The notes below the pieces were generated by a model. The model saw nothing but the letters and a program-made list of their open reading frames with translations. It made no database searches and was not told the origin of the DNA. The translations under genes were made by a program, and so were the position numbers. This document shows, piece after piece, positions 17,299-26,910 of a stretch of 64,000 nt of DNA (the stretch's first letter is position 1; the number at the start of each line of letters is the position of its first letter). This stretch comes from a virus, in the IMG/VR virus record IMGVR_UViG_3300021964_000021, positions 32,001 through 96,000 of that record; one strand, given 5' to 3'.

Positions 17299-17934
17299 AT
17301 GAGCGCAAAACTTATCAGTGTTACCCCTGATGCGGAGAAGCAGATTGCATACTGTGCCCGTGTTTCAAACCCAAAGAACCAGGACAACGATAGTTTTGCT
17401 GGACTCCTGAAGTATTGCATTAAGCATCGTCACTGGAGCATCTTTGAGCACGCATTCATGACGGTTGAACTAAATACCTCACTTGCAGTGGCAACTCAAG
17501 TGCTTCGGCATCGTTCGTTCACATATCAGCAGTTTTCACAACGCTATGCTGATAGTAAGGAACTTCAATTAGAAATTCCTATTCCAGATCTTCGTCGTCA
17601 GGATACAAAGAATCGTCAAAACTCTATTGATGATATCAATCCACGCGATAAAGCATACATGGAGGCGATGATTGCAGAACACTTCAAGCAAAGTCTTGAA
17701 GTTTATAATGCACTGCTTGACAAAGGTGTGGCAAAGGAGTGTGCTCGTTTTGTGCTTCCACAAAACACACAAACAAGACTCTACATGAGCGGTAATGTTC
17801 GCTCATGGGCGCATTACCTGGATCTGCGTACTGCAAACGGCACACAGAAGGAACACATGGAACTTGCTGAAGACATTCGTGCTATCTTCATTGAGCAGTT
17901 CCCAATCATCTCAGAAGCATTGGAGTGGAAGTAA
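17299..17934 (+). CDS. thyX: FAD-dependent thymidylate synthase
   Basis: HWSIFEH, QVLRHRSFTYQQFSQRY and TQKEH. Confidence 0.95.
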   Translation: MSAKLISVTPDAEKQIAYCARVSNPKNQDNDSFAGLLKYCIKHRHWSIFEHAFMTVELNTSLAVATQVLRHRSFTYQQFSQRYADSKELQLEIPIPDLRRQDTKNRQNSIDDINPRDKAYMEAMIAEHFKQSLEVYNALLDKGVAKECARFVLPQNTQTRLYMSGNVRSWAHYLDLRTANGTQKEHMELAEDIRAIFIEQFPIISEALEWK

Positions 17935-18182
17935 TGGCAACATATCCTGTTAGGCATAAGGAGACTGGTGAAACCAAAGAAGTGAAGATGAGTATTCACG
18001 ATTGGGATCAGTGGAAGATTGATAACCCAGATTGGGAGCGTTACTTTACCGCTGAGAATTCTCCAGGTTTGGGTGTTGAGGTTAGTGATTGGCAGTCCCG
18101 ACTGATCAAACAGAGACCAGAATGGAATGAAGTTCTTGACAAAGCATCTAAGGCACCTGGATCTACAGTTAAGAAGCTTTAA
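17934..18182 (+). CDS. Conserved T4-like small protein (FmdB-like position)
   Basis: MATYPVRHKETGE...W.EVL.KASKAPGS, between thyX and phoH. Confidence 0.55.
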   Translation: MATYPVRHKETGETKEVKMSIHDWDQWKIDNPDWERYFTAENSPGLGVEVSDWQSRLIKQRPEWNEVLDKASKAPGSTVKKL

Positions 18183-18184
18183 TT

Positions 18185-19318
18185 ATGTTTATTCTTGGAG
18201 TTAACATCTCTCATCACCCATCAATCGCATTGGTTGAGGACGGTGAGTTGATCTACTACATGGAAGACGATCGCTATAATGGCATCAAAGAAGAGGAGTG
18301 GTTGCGTGGTAGTATGATGAGGTGTCTTATGGACATCGTTAGATATACACGTCACTTAGATCACATTACATTCTCTTCTTATGGGAAGATCAATGGAATT
18401 CATATCTATGATTATCCAGATGAGGACATCATCCAGGACGTAAAAACTAATCTTAGTAGATATGGTATTACATTTGGAGATGCTCATTATTACTGGGAGC
18501 ATCATCTATATCATGCTTGCAATGCATTTTATGCATCGGGTTTTGATGAAGCGGCAGCACTTGTTTTAGATGGTGGTGGTCATTATTTTAATGATTATAT
18601 TACCCTTAGAGAATCTGAATCCATGTATAAGTTCTCTGAAGGTCAAGTAGAACTCGTGAAGCAGGTTTACACACCACAAGGGGACTGTTTTAAAACTAAG
18701 TCTAAACCAGTTCTTGTAAATGATAAGTATGTCTTATCTCCAACTGCTAGTTGTGGATGGATATTCAATAGCATCATGCAGATTACTGGTATTAATAGTG
18801 CTGGTAAGTTGATGGGAATCTCACCTTATGGTGATGCCGACAAGGCATGTACTAAAGAGTGGTTTGTTTATGATGAAAGTACAGATACTTGGATTACAGA
18901 CAATCAAACTATATTAAATAGTTATAGGCGATGTTATGATGATCCAATATTAGATCCTGCGGAGTATTACAACCCAGAATTTAATTTTGATCTCATTGCA
19001 AACTTAACTAAAAAAGCACAGAATGAAACTAGGAAGCACACAATTCGTCTTATTCGATCCCTTCTTAAGAAAGTCGAAACGAAAAACGTAGTGCTCTCTG
19101 GTGGATATTTTTTAAACTGTGTTAATAACTATGAGTACGCCAAAGAATTCCCTCACATAAACTTTTACATCGACCCTATTGCACATGATGGGGGAACAGC
19201 TGCTGGTGCTGCGATGTATTTGTGGCACCATGTACTAAATACAAGTCAACCTACCCAAGATTTATCCGTATGGCAAGAAAGAGAAAGTCTGACCTACAAC
19301 CAATCGGTGTTGGCATGA
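18185..19318 (+). CDS. Carbamoyltransferase N-terminal (Kae1-like) domain only (copy 3)
   Basis: Has HH.SIA, EDDRY..K, HHLYHA, LDGGG, GKLMG, SGGYFLNC and DGGTAAGAA. Lacks the GPRALG, RPFA and NTSFN C-terminal motifs. Confidence 0.8.
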   Translation: MFILGVNISHHPSIALVEDGELIYYMEDDRYNGIKEEEWLRGSMMRCLMDIVRYTRHLDHITFSSYGKINGIHIYDYPDEDIIQDVKTNLSRYGITFGDAHYYWEHHLYHACNAFYASGFDEAAALVLDGGGHYFNDYITLRESESMYKFSEGQVELVKQVYTPQGDCFKTKSKPVLVNDKYVLSPTASCGWIFNSIMQITGINSAGKLMGISPYGDADKACTKEWFVYDESTDTWITDNQTILNSYRRCYDDPILDPAEYYNPEFNFDLIANLTKKAQNETRKHTIRLIRSLLKKVETKNVVLSGGYFLNCVNNYEYAKEFPHINFYIDPIAHDGGTAAGAAMYLWHHVLNTSQPTQDLSVWQERESLTYNQSVLA

Positions 19319-20025
19319 CCGCCAAACAAATGAAGAGGCGTAAACCAATCAACTCCGAATTCCTTTTGGAGATTGATCCCCTTACAGACAATCAATCAAA
19401 ACTGTATGATTCTTTTGACGATGATAAAAACATCGTCGCTTATGGCGCAGCAGGAACAGGTAAGACTTTCATTACATTTTATAATGCTCTTAGAGATGTT
19501 CTTGATGAGCACACACCATACGAGAAGATCTACATTGTCCGCTCTCTGGTAGCAACTAGAGAAATTGGATTCCTGCCTGGAACTCATGAGGATAAGGCGG
19601 ACATCTATCAGATCCCTTATAAGAACATGGTTAAGTACATGTTCCAGATGGCAACTGATGCTGATTTTGAGATGCTCTATGGTAACTTGAAGACTCAGGG
19701 TACTGTAAGCTTCTGGTCTACTTCATTCCTCAGAGGGACTACACTTGATAAAGCAATTATTATCGTTGATGAATTCCAAAACTTGAATTTTCATGAACTT
19801 GATAGTATAATTACAAGGGCAGGTGATAACACTAAGATTTGTTTCTGTGGTGATGCAACTCAGACTGACTTGCAAAAAACCAATGAGAGAAATGGTATCA
19901 TCGACTTCATGAAGATTCTTAGGGTAATGCCATCGTTTGACATCATTGAGTTTGGTCTTGATGATATTGTTCGTTCTGGTCTCTGTAAGGAATATCTTTT
20001 TGCAAAACACGAATTAGGTTATTGA
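19270..20025 (+). CDS. phoH: PhoH family ATPase
   Basis: GAAGTGKT, REIGFLPG, FLRGTT, DEFQN, CGDATQTDL and DIVRSGL. Confidence 0.95.
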   Translation: MARKRKSDLQPIGVGMTAKQMKRRKPINSEFLLEIDPLTDNQSKLYDSFDDDKNIVAYGAAGTGKTFITFYNALRDVLDEHTPYEKIYIVRSLVATREIGFLPGTHEDKADIYQIPYKNMVKYMFQMATDADFEMLYGNLKTQGTVSFWSTSFLRGTTLDKAIIIVDEFQNLNFHELDSIITRAGDNTKICFCGDATQTDLQKTNERNGIIDFMKILRVMPSFDIIEFGLDDIVRSGLCKEYLFAKHELGY

Positions 20026-20702
20026 TGTTTAATCATGTTGATCTGGATCTCCCTGCCCTTAGCAGGGAGACTATTGATGGAGTCCGTTATTATCAAGTGC
20101 CAGATGCCGATGAGTTACTGAAACTAGTATCCATTACTTCTGTCACTAGTCACAAGAACCGTGCCTTCTTTGCTAAGTGGCGTAAGAAGGTTGGCGAAGA
20201 GACTGCGGATCGAATTACTAGACAAGCAACTAGTCGTGGTACAGACATGCACACTCTTACTGAGTGTTATCTAAAAAATGAAGGTCTACCTGAAGTTCAA
20301 CCACTATCAGACTATCTTTTTAAGATTGCTAAACCAGAATTAAACAAGATTGACAATATTCATGCTTTAGAAAGTTCTCTATATAGTAAGGTTCTTGGTG
20401 TAGCTGGAACCGTAGATTGTATTGCCGAATTCGATGGCGAATTGGCAATTATTGACTTTAAGACCTCAAAAAAACCAAAACCAGTAGAGTGGATTGAACA
20501 TTATTTTGTTCAGTGTATGGCGTATGGGTGTATGCTCTATGAGCTCACTGGTATATCAGTAAAAAAACTTGTCATTATTATGGCATGTGAAAATGGAGAA
20601 TGTGTTGTTTATGAAGAGCGCGACAAAACCAAATACATTAAGCTACTCCAAGAGTACATTAGAGAATTTCTTAACTACAAACTGGAGACCTATGCCCAGT
20701 AA
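20025..20702 (+). CDS. PD-(D/E)XK exonuclease (T4-like)
   Basis: SITSV, RGTDMH, AGTVDCIAE..G.LAIIDFKTS and Q..AY. Confidence 0.85.
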   Translation: MFNHVDLDLPALSRETIDGVRYYQVPDADELLKLVSITSVTSHKNRAFFAKWRKKVGEETADRITRQATSRGTDMHTLTECYLKNEGLPEVQPLSDYLFKIAKPELNKIDNIHALESSLYSKVLGVAGTVDCIAEFDGELAIIDFKTSKKPKPVEWIEHYFVQCMAYGCMLYELTGISVKKLVIIMACENGECVVYEERDKTKYIKLLQEYIREFLNYKLETYAQ

Positions 20703-20961
20703 AAATGAAGACGAATTTGAAAAGGTACTGGAGAAAAAGTTTTTTTGTCCCACTAAGTTTGCTCAAGAGATTGAATACTTAGTGAGAGACAATGTGGATA
20801 TGAATTATATTGATGCTATCATTTACTTTTGTGAGTGTAATAGCATTGATCTAGAGTCAGTCCCTAAACTAATCTCTAAACCTTTGAAGGAGAAGATTAA
20901 GTATGATGCAATGGAGTTGAACTTCCTCAAGAGGACCTCCAGAGCAAAATTGATCTTTTAA
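20692..20961 (+). CDS. gp33: Late promoter transcription co-activator gp33
   Basis: YIDAI..FCE...ID.ESV.KLISKPLKEKI..DA.ELNFL, in the expected synteny. Confidence 0.85.
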   Translation: MPSKNEDEFEKVLEKKFFCPTKFAQEIEYLVRDNVDMNYIDAIIYFCECNSIDLESVPKLISKPLKEKIKYDAMELNFLKRTSRAKLIF

Positions 20962-21021
20962 TTCAGAAAAAGTCGGAAAATTTATCGCGGGGAAAATTTC
21001 GTGAAAACCCTTTTTGTTAAA

Positions 21022-21609
21022 ATGACTCCCTTTGACGTGTATAAAACTTATCTGGGATTGAAGAATCACTTCACAAAAGATAAATACGACTACCACAGAT
21101 ATAACGGTAAAACTCGTGCCTCTCTACAGTCCTTCTATAAGAGGAAGGATCGTTATTGGTTTGAGAAGATGAGTCGCCAAAAGAACGATCAAGAAGTCGT
21201 TAACTTTTTTGTATCTAATTTTGTTGAATCTACGGATGCTAGTGCTATGTGGATTGGGCAACTTATCCGTGAAGGGGAATCAACGTATAATTCGTGGAAG
21301 AAGCGGAATGAGTCTTTAAGTTATATTTTTAAAAACGAGTCTACTGACTTGTTTAGTGAATATGATGTTGAGGATGTTTTTGATTGTAAGTCGGGTCACC
21401 CACCCCTTCTCAAAAAACATCTAAGTGGTGATATTTGCATCGAGACGTTAGTAATATATAATCGTATTTTTCAGTTCAGTAAGGATTTTGACAAAAAACT
21501 GCAGGATCCTATTTGGGAGCAAGTTTCCAAAAATATTAAGAAGTATGATTCCTTCCTAAATATTGATATCTTTAAATTCAGGAAAATTTTAAAGGAGTGC
21601 GTTTTATGA
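21022..21609 (+). CDS. gp59: Helicase loader gp59
   Basis: VYKTYLGLKNHFT...YDY..Y.GK and F.KRKDRY.F, located between gp33 and gp32. Confidence 0.88.
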   Translation: MTPFDVYKTYLGLKNHFTKDKYDYHRYNGKTRASLQSFYKRKDRYWFEKMSRQKNDQEVVNFFVSNFVESTDASAMWIGQLIREGESTYNSWKKRNESLSYIFKNESTDLFSEYDVEDVFDCKSGHPPLLKKHLSGDICIETLVIYNRIFQFSKDFDKKLQDPIWEQVSKNIKKYDSFLNIDIFKFRKILKECVL

Positions 21610-21944
21610 CATTTTTTGACTCAGATGTTGTGCGGGCAGAAATTGTCCATATTAACGATCTCCAAGAAAAACTGTATAAAAACATGTTCAGTTTTTATCA
21701 GATGAATAAAGATGATAAATTGGCACACGTTGACCTCTTGTCACAACTGATTGACAAGCAAAAAGTCCTCTATGCTAGATTGTCTCTGTCTGACGATCCT
21801 GAGGCACAGAAAATGAAGGCAAATATCGTAAAATCTGCTGCTATGCTGGGTATGCCAGAGAACGTTGACATGAATGTGATCTTCAGTAACATGGAGAAAC
21901 TGGTTGGTCACATGAAGGAGCAGGTCGAAGAAAAAGAAGTTTGA
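21606..21944 (+). CDS. DUF1825-like protein
   Basis: MTFFDSDVV and RLSLSDDPEA motifs. Confidence 0.6.
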   Translation: MTFFDSDVVRAEIVHINDLQEKLYKNMFSFYQMNKDDKLAHVDLLSQLIDKQKVLYARLSLSDDPEAQKMKANIVKSAAMLGMPENVDMNVIFSNMEKLVGHMKEQVEEKEV

Positions 21945-21969
21945 CAACTAAGGGCACTTGCACTATTAT
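21941..21969 (+). promoter_or_regulatory. Sigma70-like promoter for gp32
   Basis: TTGACA-N17-TATTAT. Confidence 0.7.
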
Positions 21970-22040
21970 AGGTCCGTACTCGCCGCAAGTGCCCTATCGG
22001 GTACACACAAGCCGAATACAAACAAATCCGAGGTAATCCA

Positions 22041-23024
22041 ATGTCTTTCGCAAATCTTAAGAAGCAATCCTCTCTTGGTTCTTTGACTCAGAAGTTGGTC
22101 AAAGAAGTTGAGAAGATGAATAGCAATTCCAGCGGCGGTGATGATCGTCTTTGGAAGCCCGAAATGGATAAAACGGGCAACGGTTATGCCGTTATTCGAT
22201 TCCTCCCCGCTCCCGATGGAGAAGATCTTCCCTGGGTGAAGATGTACTCTCACGGATTCCAAGGTCCTGGCGGTTGGTACATTGAGAACTCTCTGACTAC
22301 TATTGGTCAGAAAGATCCTGTGTCTGAGTACAACCGTACCCTGTGGAACAGTGGTAATGATAAGGATAAGGAGATTGTTCGCAAGCAAAAGCGTAAACTC
22401 TCTTACTATGCGAACATCTATGTTGTAAAGGATCCTGCCAATCCTGCAAATGATGGCAACGTCTTCCTCTTCAAATTTGGTAAGAAGATCTTTGACAAGA
22501 TCATGGCAGCAATGCAACCTGAGTTTGAAGATGAGACTCCTATCAACCCCTTTGACTTCTGGCAAGGTGCGAACTTCAAACTGAAGATTCGCAAGGTTGA
22601 TGGTTATTGGAACTATGATAAGTCTGAGTTTGATTCTCCTTCAGCACTGCTGGACGATGATGATGCTCTGGAAGCACTCTGGAAGACGCAGCACTCTCTT
22701 GCTGCAATGACTGCTGCTGATCAGTTCAAGACCTATGAGCAACTCCAGACCCGTCTGGACTACGTTCTTGGTCGTAAAGGCACTCCTCGTCTTCAAAACC
22801 TGGATGAAGAGGTCTCTGATGAAGACAACATGCGTGGTAACTTCGCTCCTAGTTTTGGCAATCGCCAACAGGAGTCTGAACTTCCCTCAAATCTGAAGCA
22901 AGAGCTTGACAATCTTGGTACTAGTTCTGACTTCAACGCACCTGACATCACTCCTAAAGCATCTTCTGATGATGATGGTGATGATGATGCACTGTCCTAC
23001 TTCCAACGTCTCGCTGAGAGTTGA
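22041..23024 (+). CDS. gp32: Single-stranded DNA-binding protein gp32
   Basis: GNGYAVIRFLP, WYIENSLTT, FGKKIFDKI, GANFKLKIR and an acidic tail. Confidence 0.95.
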   Translation: MSFANLKKQSSLGSLTQKLVKEVEKMNSNSSGGDDRLWKPEMDKTGNGYAVIRFLPAPDGEDLPWVKMYSHGFQGPGGWYIENSLTTIGQKDPVSEYNRTLWNSGNDKDKEIVRKQKRKLSYYANIYVVKDPANPANDGNVFLFKFGKKIFDKIMAAMQPEFEDETPINPFDFWQGANFKLKIRKVDGYWNYDKSEFDSPSALLDDDDALEALWKTQHSLAAMTAADQFKTYEQLQTRLDYVLGRKGTPRLQNLDEEVSDEDNMRGNFAPSFGNRQQESELPSNLKQELDNLGTSSDFNAPDITPKASSDDDGDDDALSYFQRLAES

Positions 23025-23107
23025 TTATGGGTGATGAGGTGGACCTATGAGAGAGCCTGTTTGACTCTTCTGGTTATTGCTACTTATTATAATCTAATCA
23101 AGAACCA

Positions 23108-25489
23108 TTAGTTGTATAATCTAGGGTTATCACCCTTCTTAAGGGATCTGGAGACATAACCTCCAGATCCTTTTTTATATGGCATGATATCTTCTAAGTC
23201 ATTGAATAGCATACCAAGATACTCTTTTTTAAGAACATATATTTGTCTTTTTTCGCTTTCTTTTTTATCTTCGTACTGATAATTTGTTATAGGTACAGAA
23301 GATAATCTGCCATTAATTTCAGTCAATTCATCTGCTACTTCATCAAAGTAGACAGTCCCGAATGTTATTCTTCTTCTCCAATTGAATCCATCAAACTTCC
23401 ATTCTTGACCATTTCTCTCATATACTTCATCTACTTGTGGTGTATATGTTGGTCCTGGTTTACTGAAGAAGAGTTCTGGCATTGAATTATAACCTCTTCC
23501 AGGATTTGTCAATGTAATTTCTTTTACTCCTCCATTCTCTGTTTTTAAGACTGCTTCGGCAGTAATTGGAGGTAATGGATTTTCTACAGTTGCAATTGGT
23601 GCAGTTCTATAATTGTATCCACGGTCTTGTATTACAACCTGGTTTACGGAACCATTGACAATCGTAACATAACCCTTTGCAGTTCTATGTGGGATTGGTG
23701 GTTGAATTACTATCGATGGTAGTGGTGCGGTTGTATATCCAGATCCAGGTTTTGTGACTGTAATATCAACAATTGTCTCTGCTCTAGTTCCGACACCCAC
23801 AGTTGCAGTTGCTTTTGCAGTAACATCAGTATCATATGTGTAGATTCTTCTGTTAATTGAACCACCAATGAAGAATAAAGTTTCAAAGGGATTTGTAAAT
23901 ACATCTAATGGTGTTGAATCTCCACTAGCAGCTTGAACGTTTAATACGCCAAGTAAAGATAGTGCAGAAAGATCCCAAGCAGTACCTAATGTAATTACGA
24001 ACGTTGAGTTGTTATCCGTACCACTAACATACATTTTTGTGCCATCATCTTTAAAAGAGAAACCACGAATTGATGATTCTGTTGGTTGGCATATTACGGA
24101 TATATTTGCTGTTTGTACTGGAAGTGGGAAGATGGAAGTTATATCCCAAGGAACAGTACATTCATATTTTTTGATTGTGTCTGGATCTTGAGTATCAAGA
24201 ACAAACATATGATCGCCATTATCTTGGAATCTAACTCCTGCCAGCGCAGGGAAGCTAACGTTACCTGCCAATGTTGCTGTGAGTACATCCCATGGAGTAC
24301 TTAAGTCATACTGAGCAATTTTATTACCAGAATTGGTTAGACCACTAACATACATCCTTGTGCCATCTGGTTTAAATTCAACGCCAGTAGCATATGTGAA
24401 GTTAAGACCACCAGTATTTAAGGTAAGTACATTTACTTGAGAGGCAGTATTTGGATCGTAACCACTGCTCATCTCATATTGTTCAATCGTTCCTTGAGTA
24501 TAAGAATTTGCACCATGAGCAGTGTAGAAGTAAGTACCTGCAGGATCCATGTACCAACCTTCAAAACCACCATCAACAGTTACGCTACCGTTATTAACAA
24601 AAACAGCACTCTCAATGACATTTGGTGGGGGTGGGAAGGTAACTATAGGCGTGAATGTATATCCATCACCTGCAGATGTAATGCCAACACTTTGAATTGT
24701 TCCACCAGCACCGATCACTGCTTCAAGAACTGCAGGAACCGTTGGAGGAGGCTCACTGAATGTTAACAATGGTTGGAATGTATAACCAGTTCCTGCATCA
24801 ACGACAGTTATAGTTCCAATCTCTCTATCATCTGGTGGGACATTGAGTGTAGTGGTAATTGTTGCTAATCTTGGATTTGGTGGATCTGCAAATGTCACCT
24901 CTGCAAATGCTGTATATCCTGTTCCTGGATTAGTAACTGTTACTGTCTTAACTTCACCACTAACTGGATCATATGTACCTGTTCCTGTTGCAAAATCTCC
25001 AGGAATTTCTGATGGTAAAATTACACTTGTGTCTAACTCAATCTCATATTCTGGTGCATTGAAGAATCCTTCATTGACTTCAACACCACCTTCTAAGATT
25101 ACATATCCATTTCTGGATTTAGTTTGAATGGTTTCATAATGATGAATACCATTATATAATGTATTATAATCCCCATACTTTTCTATAAGGTGCTTATCAA
25201 AAGAATATTGTGTTTTTGGCCATTCTTCATATACATTATGAACATTATTTGATAAGAGAACCACCCAATCTAAAGAAGAATCTCCATACAACTTATCAGC
25301 AACCTGATCTGGTCGTTCATCACCAACGATAGTATACTTATTGAAGTAACTTATGCTTTGAAATATATCTTCTCTTATTTTGGCACGCTTAAATAAGTTC
25401 TTTGTGACTGTGTAGTCATTCAAAGAATTATTCTCAAGATCTCTTGAGATATATGCAATGCTTGGAACGTGGGTAAAGTAATTTGCCAT
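23108..25489 (-). CDS. gp53: Baseplate wedge protein gp53 with a large internal insertion
   Basis: N-terminal ERPDQVA..LYG...DWVVLL.N and HHYET; C-terminal ITNY.YE....KRQI.VLK. An insert of roughly 550 aa carries G.GY repeats and propeller blades. Confidence 0.8.
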   Translation of the reverse strand: MANYFTHVPSIAYISRDLENNSLNDYTVTKNLFKRAKIREDIFQSISYFNKYTIVGDERPDQVADKLYGDSSLDWVVLLSNNVHNVYEEWPKTQYSFDKHLIEKYGDYNTLYNGIHHYETIQTKSRNGYVILEGGVEVNEGFFNAPEYEIELDTSVILPSEIPGDFATGTGTYDPVSGEVKTVTVTNPGTGYTAFAEVTFADPPNPRLATITTTLNVPPDDREIGTITVVDAGTGYTFQPLLTFSEPPPTVPAVLEAVIGAGGTIQSVGITSAGDGYTFTPIVTFPPPPNVIESAVFVNNGSVTVDGGFEGWYMDPAGTYFYTAHGANSYTQGTIEQYEMSSGYDPNTASQVNVLTLNTGGLNFTYATGVEFKPDGTRMYVSGLTNSGNKIAQYDLSTPWDVLTATLAGNVSFPALAGVRFQDNGDHMFVLDTQDPDTIKKYECTVPWDITSIFPLPVQTANISVICQPTESSIRGFSFKDDGTKMYVSGTDNNSTFVITLGTAWDLSALSLLGVLNVQAASGDSTPLDVFTNPFETLFFIGGSINRRIYTYDTDVTAKATATVGVGTRAETIVDITVTKPGSGYTTAPLPSIVIQPPIPHRTAKGYVTIVNGSVNQVVIQDRGYNYRTAPIATVENPLPPITAEAVLKTENGGVKEITLTNPGRGYNSMPELFFSKPGPTYTPQVDEVYERNGQEWKFDGFNWRRRITFGTVYFDEVADELTEINGRLSSVPITNYQYEDKKESEKRQIYVLKKEYLGMLFNDLEDIMPYKKGSGGYVSRSLKKGDNPRLYN

Positions 25490-25492
25490 TTA

Positions 25493-26905
25493 TCAGTATC
25501 CGATTGGGTGTTCAGCGTTAGTTCCTTCGTTATAATCTTTAGCATATATTGGAACGAGTTCCATGAATTGCAGTTGTAAATCATATGAGAACATGGAACC
25601 GTCGTCATATCTCATATACGTTCCATCTGGCGTATAGTCTACGGTACATGCTTGTAAAGCACAGTCCTTAATAAGATTTATACCAGAGTGCTGTTGACCA
25701 CCCTTAAAGTATTCAATTCTGAAAATATTTGGTGCTTTTAAGAATAAGTTTGCATCACTAGTTTTTGGTGCCATGTGGAATTTGAAGAATTTGATGATAC
25801 TCTTCACTATGGCTGCTTCTGTTGATGATCTTGGAGTTAACTTAAAGTTAAAAGAAAATGCTCTTAACTGAGGACCTTGGAACAGAAGTTCTGTATTTGG
25901 GTTGAGGATTGCCCTCTCAGTTCTTCCTATAACATTAGATCCCACTGCTTGACCTGCCATTGCAGTCTTAATGGCAGTCTTTGCTGGACCAGAATTGCTA
26001 CTTAAAGTTCTAGCTTGATCAAGAAGGGTATTTACAGCAGCACTAACACCCTTTCCAATAAATTCTGTTGCAATCTCCGCTCCAGCAGCTTGTAAGACGT
26101 TCATAGTGTCTTCATTCCATCCAACTGCATTGGAATCTTGAATGCCACCTTGAATTGGAAGTTGTACGCTTTGCCCAAGTGATGTTCCACTTTGATATGA
26201 TGTACCAAAGGAACCACCTGAAGTGTTTAGTGTTCCTGGCAAGTATTTTAGTGCGGTAAATTTCATATAATCGGATTCATTACCTATTGCACCTTCTGGA
26301 TAAACTAAATCACTTTTTCCTGCGGCAAAACTTTTTACTGTCTCTTGATTTGCTGCTGAACTTACAGTGAGTCCGTTTAAAGATCCATCACCAGTAACAG
26401 GTTCTGTTTCTCCATCTCCACCACTTGGGTTTTCTGGATTGTCTGGCGGTATTGGCGTCTCTGGTTTTTCACCTTTTGCTTCTGCAACTTGTGCTGGCGT
26501 AAATGTTCCGTCTCTAGACGTTTGTTTTAAAGCACTTTTTACTGTATAGTCTACAACGTTCTCAAAAGTTGCTTGAGCGGTGTCCTCTTGCAATCTTTTT
26601 ACTAAACTCTCATTAAGATTACCTGATGCATATTCGGTAGGAAGGAATGTACCATCAGGTCCTTTAACTGCTATTGCCTTATCTGGATCTATTCTTTGTA
26701 GAGCTCCAATAATATAAGTTCTTTCGTATATTGTTTGTTTTTTTGTTACTGGGTCAATTACAACTGAATAGTTTATCTCCTTACCGTCTGATGACGAAAG
26801 TTTATGTGGTGGGGAAGTGTGAACTGTATTTTGGCCCTCATTAGAATTATATGTACCAAAAATAAACGTTGAATTTGCAGATTCAACTTTTGCTGGTGTT
26901 GGCAT
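25493..26905 (-). CDS. gp48: Baseplate tail tube cap gp48
   Basis: NPNTELLFQGPQLRAFSFNFKLTPRS..EA and C.L....VDYTPDG. Confidence 0.85.
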   Translation of the reverse strand: MPTPAKVESANSTFIFGTYNSNEGQNTVHTSPPHKLSSSDGKEINYSVVIDPVTKKQTIYERTYIIGALQRIDPDKAIAVKGPDGTFLPTEYASGNLNESLVKRLQEDTAQATFENVVDYTVKSALKQTSRDGTFTPAQVAEAKGEKPETPIPPDNPENPSGGDGETEPVTGDGSLNGLTVSSAANQETVKSFAAGKSDLVYPEGAIGNESDYMKFTALKYLPGTLNTSGGSFGTSYQSGTSLGQSVQLPIQGGIQDSNAVGWNEDTMNVLQAAGAEIATEFIGKGVSAAVNTLLDQARTLSSNSGPAKTAIKTAMAGQAVGSNVIGRTERAILNPNTELLFQGPQLRAFSFNFKLTPRSSTEAAIVKSIIKFFKFHMAPKTSDANLFLKAPNIFRIEYFKGGQQHSGINLIKDCALQACTVDYTPDGTYMRYDDGSMFSYDLQLQFMELVPIYAKDYNEGTNAEHPIGY

Positions 26906-26910
26906 GTTAA

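Noticed and set aside
20025-20702. Cas4-like nuclease as a sign of CRISPR
   Set aside because: This is the usual T4-like exonuclease between phoH and gp33. No repeat-spacer array or other cas gene was seen in the window.
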